A DNA stretch of 64,000 nucleotides, from the NCBI GenBank assembly GCA_050013395.1, contig JBEKFI010000006.1, forward strand, positions 12,303 through 76,302, given 5' to 3'. Under the pieces are notes generated by a model. It made no database searches and had not been told where the DNA came from. It saw only the letters and a list, made by a program, of their open reading frames with translations. Numbering within the stretch: position 1 is the first letter of the stretch; the number at the start of each line of letters is the position of its first letter. This document shows positions 45,628-54,401 of this stretch, one piece after another. The DNA comes from Verrucomicrobiia bacterium. GTDB taxonomy: Bacteria > Verrucomicrobiota > Verrucomicrobiia > Palsa-1439. The position numbers and the translations under genes were made by a program.

Positions 45628-48600
45628 ATGAAACATTCTGACTTCGTCCATCTGCACCTGCACACCGAGTACAGCCTGCTCGATGGGGCGTGCCGCATTG
45701 ACGACGTGGTGGAGAAGGCGCACGCGGCAAAGATGCCGGCGGTGGCGATCACCGATCACGGCAACATGTACGGCGCGATCGATTTCTACAAGGCGGCGTC
45801 GGAACGCGGCATCAAACCGATCATCGGCTGCGAGGCGTACATCGCGCCGGGCAGCCGGCTCGACAAGAAATCCAGCAACGCGCGGGACGCGGCGTATCAT
45901 CTGGTGCTTCTGGCCAAGGACGAGGTCGGCTACAAGAATTTGATCAAGCTCATCACGGCGGCGCATCTCGAAGGGTTTTACTACAAACCGCGCATCGACA
46001 AGGAAATTCTGGCGCAACACGCGAAAGGGCTGATCGGGTTCACGTCCTGCCTCAAGGGCGAGGTGCCGAACAAGATCAAAGATGAGCAGATCGAACAGGC
46101 GAAGGCCGCGCTGGACGAGTACCGCCACATTTTCGAGCCGGGCGATTATTACGTCGAACTCCACAATCACGGGATTGAAGATCAACGAAAGGTCAATCGC
46201 GTGCTCATCGAATGGGCCAAGGAATTCAACCTGCCGCTTGTGGCGACCAACGACGTGCATTACATCGAGCGCAAGGATTGGGAGGCGCATGATTGCCTGA
46301 TTTGTTTACAGACGCAATCGCTGGTGGCCGACGAGAAGCGGATGCGGTACGCGGCCCAGCAGTTTTATCTGCGCACGCCGGAAGAGATGCACGAATTGTT
46401 CAAGGAGACACCGGAGGCGATCCGCAACACTCTGGCGGTCTCCGAGAAATGCAACGTGCTTCTGGAGTTCGGCAAACTTCGGTTTCCCGTTTATCAGCCG
46501 CCCGAGGGGTTGGGCCGCGAACAATACCTACGGCAGTTGTGCGAACAGGGATTGCGGGAACGCTATGGTATCGAATGGAAGAAACCGAAGTCCGAACAGG
46601 AAAAGGCCCTCATCGAACGGTTGGAATACGAACTGAAGGTGATCGAGAAGACCGGGTTCGCCAGTTATTTCCTGATCGTCTGGGACTTCGTACATTTCGC
46701 CAAGAGTAAAGCCATTCCGGTCGGACCGGGCCGCGGCAGCGCCGCAGGCAGTCTCGTGGCGTACCTGTTGCGCATCACCGACATCGATCCGTTGCGGTAC
46801 AACCTGCTATTCGAGCGGTTCCTCAATCCCGAGCGCGTGTCGCCGCCCGACATCGACATGGATTTCTGTTACAACCGGCGGCCCGAGGTCATCGATTACG
46901 TCCGCCACAAATACGGCAACGATCACGTGGCGCAGATCATCACGTTCGGCACGCTCGGCGCCAAGATGGTCGTGCGCGACGTGGGCCGCGTGCTGGGATT
47001 GAGCTACGGCGAATGCGACCGCATCGCGAAGATGATCCCACCCGACATCGGGATGACACTGGCGAAAGCGCTGGACATCAGTCCCGAACTCAAGAACGCC
47101 TATCAAAACGAAGACATGGTGCGGCGCGTGATCGGCTACGGGTTCACGCTCGAAGGTCTCGCGCGCAACGCCAGCACGCACGCGGCGGGCGTGGTCATCG
47201 GTGCCGAACCATTGATCAATGTCGTGCCCCTGACCACCGGGACGAACTCGAATGAAGTCGTCACGCAGTACTCGATGAACCCGCTTGGCGATCTCGGATT
47301 GCTGAAGATGGACTTCCTCGGGCTGAAAACGCTGACCGTCATCAAGGACGCGCTCGATCTCGTCGAGCAAACGACGGGCAAGCGCATCGACATCGACAAG
47401 ATTCCGCTCGACGACGCGAAGGCGTTCGACCTGCTCAACAAGGCCAATACTATCGGCGTGTTCCAGCTTGAATCACAGGGGATGCGCGATCTGTGCCGGC
47501 GCATTGGGGTGGACTCGATTGACGTGATCATCGCGCTGATCGCGCTGTTTCGTCCCGGGCCGATGAACATGCTCGACGATTACGTGAACCGCAAACACGC
47601 GAAGACGAAGGTCGAGTACGATCATCCGCTGCTGGAGCCGATCCTGAAGGAGACATTCGGCGTGTTCGTGTATCAGGAGCAGGTCATGCAGGCGGCCAAC
47701 GTGCTGGCGGGATACTCGCTCGGCGGCGCCGATATTCTGCGACGCGCAATGGGGAAGAAAAAGCCCGCCGAGATGGAGAAGCAGCGCGAGGTCTTCATCA
47801 AGGGTTGTCACGAGAAAAACAAAATCCCGCGCGGCAAAGCAGAGAGAATCTTCGAGACACTCGCCAAGTTTGCCGGGTACGGCTTCAACAAGTCGCACAG
47901 CGCGGCGTACGCGGTCGTCGCCTACCAGACCGCGTGGCTGAAGGCGAATTACCCGGTCGAGTTCATGGCGGCGTTGCTATCCAACGAACTGGCCAACACC
48001 GACAAAATCCGGCTTTTCATCAACGAATGCCGCCGCATGGGCATTGAAGTGTTGCCGCCCGACGTGAACCAGAGCGGCGTGCGGTTTACGGTGCATCTTC
48101 GCAGTGTGGGAGCGGCGTCCCCGCCGCGACCGGTGGCCGGGCCTGAGACAATCGCGGCGAGGACGCCGCTCCCACAAGACAAGGAGCCTACTAAAGCAAA
48201 ACATCATCAAGGCGCGCGACGCAGGCGGAAAACTCAAATCGTTCAGCGACTTCTGCGAGCGCGTGGACCTGCGCATGGTCAATCGCAAGGTGCTGGAAAG
48301 CTTGGTGAAGTGCGGCACGTTCGATTCGCTCGATCCGCAGCGCGCGCGGCTGTATGCGGAGATTGACTACCAGATGAATCGCGCCAGCAGCCTCCAACGC
48401 GACCGCGAACGCGGACAGGCAGCGCTGTTCGACGTCGAGCCGGTCAACGCGCGCAAACAGGCGACCGGTAAACCGCCCGAGGTCGAGTGGTCGCAAAGCG
48501 AGATGCTGGCGTTTGAGAAGGAACTGCTGGGCTTTTACGTCACAGGACACCCGTTGTCGCAATACGCGGACATCCTTCGTCGCTACGAGTTGGCGTCGTC

Positions 48601-49189
48601 GGCCCGGCTGGCCCAGTTGCAGGACGGGCAGACGACACGCATCGGCGGCATCGTCAGCAAACTGCAGCCGAAGATGACGAAACAGGGAAAACCGATGGCC
48701 ATCGTGACGTTGGAGGATTTGGATGGTTCAGTGGAAGTCCTGATCTTTCCCGAGGCGTACGCGAAGTGCTCGATCCATTTGCGCGCGGATGCTGCGATCT
48801 TTGTCTGCGGGACAGTCAATCTGCGCGAGGACAAGCCGAAGATTTTCGCCGACCATATCATTCCGCTCGACGAAGTCCCGAAGCGGTTCACCAAGGCCGT
48901 CCACATCCGCCTGCCCGCCGAGACGACCGAAGAAGCGGCGCTGACGCGCGTGCGGGAGGCGTTGCAAGCGCATCAAGGCAATGTGCCGGTGATGTTTTGC
49001 TTCATGTACGACGATGGCAAGCTGGTGTTCATCGAGACCCACGACAACTTTTTCGTTACGCCGTCAGAGGCGCTGGTGCAGGAACTGGAACGGATCCTCG
49101 GCGAAGACACCGTCTGGCTGAAGGTGGACACCGAGAAGATGGCCAACGGAAATGGCTCGCGTCAGGAGAGTCGGTTCGCCAAGGAGTGA
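45628..49189 (+). CDS. dnaE: DNA polymerase III alpha subunit, reading frame interrupted near 48100 by a palindromic element
   Basis: PHP domain start MKHSDFVHLHLHTEYSLLDG, polymerase core, YGFNKSHSAAY, an OB-fold region and a C-terminal domain. The N-terminal 912-aa ORF (45628..48366) and the C-terminal 361-aa ORF (48104..49189) are in different frames. Confidence 0.85.
48106..48175. repeat. RPE-like palindromic element (23-bp inverted termini) inside dnaE
   Basis: gtgggagcggcgtccccgccgcg-(24 nt)-cgcggcgaggacgccgctcccac. It occupies the position where the conserved HhH (GIGAIKGVG-type) motif is expected. Length 70 bp, so it shifts the frame by +1. Confidence 0.65.
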
Positions 49190-49228
49190 TGTCCTGCGCT
49201 TCGCTCGGGATGACAACCAGAGCAGTTG

Positions 49229-49783
49229 TCACTTGGGAATGATCAGCTTCTGACCGATTTTGATCTCGTTTGGATTGGAGATGTTGTTGGATTTCTTTAA
49301 ATCCTCAACCGATACGCCGTAGGCTTTGGCGATCGTGGTCAGAGTTTCGCCCTTGGCAACAACATGCTCCTTCCCTGCGCTGGTGGTGGCGCTTGCTGAT
49401 GTCGAGCCACCGGCCTTTTCGCCTGCTCGGGGCGGGTTCAAGGCGGCAATTTCCTTGGCGAGTTGATCGATGATCGCCTGTTTGTCCTTTTGTCGGGCGG
49501 CATCCAGCTCATCAACGCGTGCTTGGAGAGCTTGGAGATCGCTGGTGGACGCGCCGCCAGCAGAGCGGCGTAACGCCTGCAAATCCTCTTGGATTTTGGC
49601 GATGTCCTTTTGCATTTGCTGCTGTTTGAACTGCAGGTCTTCCACGTCGGCGCGCAAATGGCTCAGTTTCTCATCCAAGATATTCAGGCTCTCGGTGACA
49701 GTTTGCTGGGCCGCGAAGGGAGTCCCGATGGCTGACAAAATCACAGAAGCGACAAAAATGTGTGGGAGGATTCTCAATTTCAT
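49229..49783 (-). CDS. LysM-domain protein with signal peptide and coiled-coil region
   Basis: C-terminal LysM HVVAKGETLTTIAKAYGVSVEDLKKSNNISNPNEIKIGQKLIIP. Signal peptide at the N-terminus. Confidence 0.7.
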   Translation of the reverse strand: MKLRILPHIFVASVILSAIGTPFAAQQTVTESLNILDEKLSHLRADVEDLQFKQQQMQKDIAKIQEDLQALRRSAGGASTSDLQALQARVDELDAARQKDKQAIIDQLAKEIAALNPPRAGEKAGGSTSASATTSAGKEHVVAKGETLTTIAKAYGVSVEDLKKSNNISNPNEIKIGQKLIIPK

Positions 49784-50212
49784 ACGGCCAGTTTAGAAAG
49801 GGGCTTCAGCGGATGCAAGCTCGCTGTCGCATTTGGAGAAACGTTATAGAGCCGAGCGACGCACCCCGAAGGCATGTGAGCCTCGCGATTTGATTGATCG
49901 CGCCGTCGAAGTCTGCAAATACCGGAGAGAACCCATCCGATTAACGCAGGACGTACTGGATTTGGCTTGGGATGGGTATTTCGGCGCGTCTGTAAGTGGC
50001 TAACCCGCATATTTCACACGCCCGTGTGAAATATGCGCCCGCAGGGCCGACCCCGACACACAGAGTGTGTCGGCCTCGGGAGCGCCGCGCCCCCACGCGC
50101 GGCGCTCCCGAGGTGGACACTTCACGACTACCTACTGGCAGGTGTGAAATATCCAAGCTAAGCATTGGCAAAATTGACGGACGCGACTTAACCTGCTATA
50201 TAAGGAACACAA

Positions 50213-50272
50213 ATGAACGACAAAGGCCAACACAGCACAGCAGATCAGGCTTGGTTCTGGTTTTATTTTAGC
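50213..50272 (+). CDS. Attenuator leader peptide MNDKGQHSTADQAWFWFYF (6 consecutive aromatic codons)
   Basis: RBS taaggaacacaaATG. The 19-codon ORF ends in W-F-W-F-Y-F-stop. Followed by alternative hairpins and an intrinsic terminator immediately upstream of the DAHP synthase RBS. Confidence 0.5.
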
Positions 50273-50318
50273 CACGATCTGCGGGCGCTGTGTTGACGAC
50301 ACGGAAGCACACGTCAAA

Positions 50319-50349
50319 CCGTCCCGCAGACGCGGGGCGGTTTTTTTAT
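50319..50349 (+). terminator. Intrinsic terminator of the aromatic attenuator (ccgtcccgc-aga-cgcggggcgg + TTTTTTTAT)
   Basis: 9-bp GC stem followed by a 7-T run, 44 nt upstream of the DAHP synthase ATG. Confidence 0.6.
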
Positions 50350-50392
50350 TGCCCGTGACCGTCCCGCCGAGGCGGGGACGAAGGAGCGAACG

Positions 50393-51418
50393 ATGATCAT
50401 CATAATGAAAACAGGGAGAACGGGGCAGGAGATTCAACAGGTGGTGGATGCAGTAAAACAATTCGGTTACGAGCCTAAACTGATCCGCGGCGTCGAGCGC
50501 ACTGTCGTTGCCTGCGTCGGCGACGAGCGCAACCATCACACGCTGGAATCTCTTATCGTGTTGCCACAGGTCGAAAGCGTGATGCCGGTCCAGAAGCGGT
50601 ACAAGCTGGTCAGTCGCGAATACCAGCCTCAGGACAGCATTCTCGACGTCTGCGGCCTCAAGATCGGCGGTGACACTTTTCACGTCATCGCCGGGCCGTG
50701 TTCGGTCGAAACCCAGGAGCAGACTTTGGAAACCGCGAAAGCGGTGAAGTCGTACGGCGGCACACTGTTTCGCGGCGGCGCATTCAAACCGCGCACCTCG
50801 CCGTACGACTTCCAAGGTCTGGGCCGCGACGGACTGGAAATGTTGAGGCAGGCCCGCGCCGCCACCGGGCTACCTATTGTCACCGAAGTCATGTCGCCGC
50901 AGGATGTGGACATGGTAGCCGAGATTGCCGACGTGCTGCAGATCGGCGCGCGCAACGCGCAGAACGTTCCGCTGCTCGCCGCCGCCGCCGCTTCCGGCAA
51001 AACGATCCTCCTCAAGCGCGGCATGTCGAGTTTCATCGACGAATGGCTGCTCGCCGCTGAATACATCTGCGTGCAGGGTAACAGCAAGGTCATCCTCTGC
51101 GAACGCGGCATCCGCACCTTCGAGCACGCCTGCCGCAACACGCTCGACATCAGCGCCGTCGCCGTGGCGAAAAAGGAAACACATCTGCCCGTGTTCGTCG
51201 ATCCGAGTCACGCGGCGGGCCGCTACGACATGGTCATTCCGCTGGCCCGCGCCGCCGTGGCCGCGGGAGCGGACGGCTTGCTCGTCGAAGTGCATCCCAA
51301 TCCTGCCGTCGCCCTCAGCGACGGCGGCCAACAACTCAAACCGAAACAGTTCGGTCAACTGATGTCCGAAATCCGTCCGCTGGTTGAGGTGATGGGCAAA
51401 AAACTAGGCGGAGAGTGA
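50393..51418 (+). CDS. 3-deoxy-7-phosphoheptulonate (DAHP) synthase, class I-beta with N-terminal regulatory domain
   Basis: KDO8PS/DAHPS I-beta core (GPCSVE, KPRTSPY, GARN, DPSH) preceded by an ACT/FL-like extension of about 80 aa. Confidence 0.8.
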   Translation: MIIIMKTGRTGQEIQQVVDAVKQFGYEPKLIRGVERTVVACVGDERNHHTLESLIVLPQVESVMPVQKRYKLVSREYQPQDSILDVCGLKIGGDTFHVIAGPCSVETQEQTLETAKAVKSYGGTLFRGGAFKPRTSPYDFQGLGRDGLEMLRQARAATGLPIVTEVMSPQDVDMVAEIADVLQIGARNAQNVPLLAAAAASGKTILLKRGMSSFIDEWLLAAEYICVQGNSKVILCERGIRTFEHACRNTLDISAVAVAKKETHLPVFVDPSHAAGRYDMVIPLARAAVAAGADGLLVEVHPNPAVALSDGGQQLKPKQFGQLMSEIRPLVEVMGKKLGGE

Positions 51419-51486
51419 ACAAACAACCCCACGCTGAACGTGATTCTTAATTCAATGCTACATATGTAGTGTAAGATTCAGACGCC

Positions 51487-52275
51487 CTATTTCCCTTTCG
51501 GGAGCGATGAACTGAGCGCGCTCAGGACGCGGCGTCGCGACTGCCATGCTTTTACGCCGAGGTAGTCGTGGGGCAATAAAGATCGAGGCAAGAGCGGGTC
51601 CAGCGAAAAGGCGTGTTGCCACGCGATGCGTTCCGCACGCAGCCACTGGCTGGCGCGAGCAAATCCCAAGCGACGGTCTGGCAGGCTCAACGCTTGCCTT
51701 CCGAAACCGGCCAAGTAGGCCGCGTACCGCTTGTTGATTTCGTCGAAGTCCCATGCGCCGCGAACGACGGCCTCATTCGAATACCCCGCACCGCATTCCG
51801 CATCCATGATCGTCAGTGATTCCACATCGTCTCGGTAGTCGTTGAGCGCCTCAGCCACCTCCGTCAGTGGATCCGTGTGGATCCAGACGCTATTCTGCAA
51901 ATACCCGAAGCCGTTTTGACGCAGCCACCGCGGCAATTGCTGACGCAGCGACTGTCGCCCCGTTGGCAAATCAAACAAAACCATCCTCCATTTCCCATCC
52001 CAATCACGCGCCCAACGCGCTTCTGGATCGCGTCCTCCCAAGGCTGCGATGCGACCCAACTCCGTCATATGATACACCCATCCTGCCGCCTGACGTTCGC
52101 GCAGTAGCAGCCCGCGTCGTTCCAGATAGTAAAGCTGATTATGGAACCGACGGCGATGCTCCCAAGCCTCGTAAGGCTCGAACAAATTCCGAAATGTTGG
52201 GTGAGATAAGCGACCCACACCCCAAAACAACACGAGCAACCAATCCTCTAACATCGGCGTAATTTTCTCTTTCAT
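51487..52275 (-). CDS. PaaX-family transcriptional regulator
   Basis: DGKWRMVLFDLP..RQQLPRWLRQNGFGYLQNSVWIHTD and LLPRSLLPHDYLGVKAWQ align with the PaaX C-terminal domain (DGKW...LP; LLPEELLP). Confidence 0.55.
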   Translation of the reverse strand: MKEKITPMLEDWLLVLFWGVGRLSHPTFRNLFEPYEAWEHRRRFHNQLYYLERRGLLLRERQAAGWVYHMTELGRIAALGGRDPEARWARDWDGKWRMVLFDLPTGRQSLRQQLPRWLRQNGFGYLQNSVWIHTDPLTEVAEALNDYRDDVESLTIMDAECGAGYSNEAVVRGAWDFDEINKRYAAYLAGFGRQALSLPDRRLGFARASQWLRAERIAWQHAFSLDPLLPRSLLPHDYLGVKAWQSRRRVLSALSSSLPKGK

Positions 52276-52300
52276 TACCTTTTCCTTGTGTTCCGAAATT

Positions 52301-52320
52301 TATGCTACATCTGTAGCATA
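52301..52320. promoter_or_regulatory. Palindromic candidate operator TATGCTACA-TC-TGTAGCATA upstream of the PaaX-like gene; related site at 51455..51470
   Basis: 9-bp inverted arms located 26 bp upstream of the regulator start. A second imperfect copy (ATGCTACATATGTAGTG) lies at the other end of the inserted segment. Confidence 0.4.
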
Positions 52321-52423
52321 ATTTTCAGAAGATTGGTCAAGGAGCAGTTTTGTCAGGCTGCGCGGTGGGTTGGGCGAGCGGTTAGTTCGAGTTGGTCCCA
52401 AAGGTGAATTGTCATCGCTGCGC

Positions 52424-52615
52424 CTACTCGCGGATGGCCGCCAGCATTGCAGCATCGAAAGCCTTGTCAGAGGTGTTAGCGCCCTTCTTTATTTCCTCCG
52501 CGATGAACTGCTGGCGCTTCTGGCTCAGTTCGTTGATTTGCTTTTGTGGGTCGGCGCGTTCCTTCGCTTTCTGGTCGAGGTACATTTTGCGCTGTTCCAG
52601 CGTCGTGTTTTGCAT
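52424..52615 (-). CDS. Small hypothetical protein (63 aa, charged/helical)
   Basis: ORF only; lower GC. Confidence 0.2.
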   Translation of the reverse strand: MQNTTLEQRKMYLDQKAKERADPQKQINELSQKRQQFIAEEIKKGANTSDKAFDAAMLAAIRE

Positions 52616-52624
52616 CTCGGCCGG

Positions 52625-52788
52625 CAGTGGCGGCGGGAGCGGACGGCTTGCTCGTCGAAGTGCATCCCAACCCTGCAGTGGCGCTGAGCGACGGCGGCCA
52701 ACAACTCAAACCGAAACAGTTCGGTCAGCTAATGTCGGAAATCCGTCCCTTGGTGGAAGTGATGGGTAAACAACTCGGCGGAGCGTAA
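52625..52788 (+). repeat. Diverged duplicate of the DAHP synthase 3' end (last ~55 codons + stop)
   Basis: About 88% nt and 95% aa identity to 51255..51418. Encodes AGADGLLVEVHPNPAVALSDGGQQLKPKQFGQLMSEIRPLVEVMGKQLGGA*. Confidence 0.8.
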
Positions 52789-53283
52789 CGGTACCGTGGA
52801 GCGATGAGCGTAGAGCGAAGGGTGAAGGTGCAAGTCACCTGGGTGAATCACGCCGGCGAGAGCGCCACCAGCGCCCTCGTCCAGATCGTCGTGCCGTGGC
52901 GACGGCAAGTTACTGTAGCGGCGGTCTACGACCGCCGAAGGGAGAGGCTAGCGAAGCTACTGGGCGACAGCCGCCTGCTGAGCGGCTGTCGGCTCGGTTG
53001 AGTTGCTAGGTCTTGGTTGAATCAACCCGTTCTGATTCGGCGGCGTTTGTGGCACTTGCCGTTTTAGAAACTCCAGAACATCCTTTCGTTTCGTCCATAC
53101 CTCATTCGCCAATGTCTCTGCCTTGTCGCTCACGTAGAAGACGTTAACTTTGGTCTCGATATAGTAGACCGGGGCGTGTCATCAACATGATTGTGTCAGG
53201 TGGTGCTTCCGTGGAGGGCGCAACATAGAGGTAGCGCCGATTTCACGCTAACCCTGAAGCAACAGGGCGCCGATCCGTTGCCC

Positions 53284-54396
53284 TCACACACGTGACACAC
53301 GCCAGAGGAGCCAGAGGCCGAGCATCTCGAAGCCGAAGCTGGGGAGCCACATGATCGCTTCGGGGTAGAGGTACGGGCGATTACGCAGGACGTTGGCCAG
53401 CACCATCGTGAAGTAGTAAATCAGTGCCAGACCGAGGCTGATCGCAACGCCGATTGAAGTTTCGCGCCGGCTCGTCTTCACGCCCAGCGGAATGCCGATC
53501 AGCGTGAAGGCGACGCATGCGACGGCCATCGCCACGCGTTGGTGGGCTTCCATTAATGCGGCGGCAGGATAGATTCCTTGGCCGCGTAGACTTTCGCTCT
53601 GCTCGATCAGTTCCGAGAACAATAAATCGGATAATCGCCGCGACGTCCTCGCCTGCCGGAACGCGTTCCCCAAATCCAGTTCGACCGGATAACGCAGCGC
53701 CGTGGTGCCGGGGCGGATTTTACGGATGTTAGTCGGATCGTTGGGATCGCGCAGGTCGCCGCGCACGTTGTACAAGTCCAGCAAGAGCTTCTTCTCCTGC
53801 GGTTCACCTTTCACCAGCCCTTTTTGCGCCCGCAGGCTGGAGACGACGTTGCCGTTGCTATCCAACGCGTACAACGTCACGTCCTCGATGATGTTCTGCT
53901 TCTTGCGTCCCACGTAGATCACGTAGCCGGGAAAATCCTTGAGGTAAGCGCCTTCCTCGATGAGCGCCATCGGTTGCTTCGTGCCCATCTCCAGGAACAG
54001 GGTGCGAAACTTGAACCGACACTCCGGCGCGAGCGTCGTGTTCATGTAGAAGCAAATTGCGCCCACCAGCGCGGAAAGCAGGATGACGGGCGCAGCAACG
54101 CGTCCCAAGCCGATCCCGCTGGCGCGCATTGCGGTGATTTCGTTGTCGGCGCTCATCCGGCCAAACACGAGCAGCGCCGTCGTCAGCATCGCCATCGGCA
54201 GCGAAAAACTCAGCACGGTCGGCAGCAGCAACAACAAGAACCACCCGACAATCCCCGGTCCCACCTGCCGATTGATCAGCAACTCGCTGAGTTCCTTCAG
54301 CACCCGCGCCAGCAACAGGACAAACGTGAACACACCCACGCTGAAAAACAGGGTGATGACCGTCTGGCGTGTGATATACTTCGGCAGAATTTTCAT
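53284..54396 (-). CDS. LptF/LptG-family (YjgP/YjgQ) LPS export permease
   Basis: Six TM helices with a periplasmic beta-jellyroll insert between TM3 and TM4, matching family topology and length (370 aa). Confidence 0.75.
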   Translation of the reverse strand: MKILPKYITRQTVITLFFSVGVFTFVLLLARVLKELSELLINRQVGPGIVGWFLLLLLPTVLSFSLPMAMLTTALLVFGRMSADNEITAMRASGIGLGRVAAPVILLSALVGAICFYMNTTLAPECRFKFRTLFLEMGTKQPMALIEEGAYLKDFPGYVIYVGRKKQNIIEDVTLYALDSNGNVVSSLRAQKGLVKGEPQEKKLLLDLYNVRGDLRDPNDPTNIRKIRPGTTALRYPVELDLGNAFRQARTSRRLSDLLFSELIEQSESLRGQGIYPAAALMEAHQRVAMAVACVAFTLIGIPLGVKTSRRETSIGVAISLGLALIYYFTMVLANVLRNRPYLYPEAIMWLPSFGFEMLGLWLLWRVSRV

Positions 54397-54401
54397 CGAC
54401 A

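Noticed and set aside
1-52830. GAGCGT micro-repeats considered as possible CRISPR arrays
   Set aside because: Units are ~8 bp, imperfect and contiguous, with no 25-40-bp repeats separated by unique spacers. No cas genes in the window.
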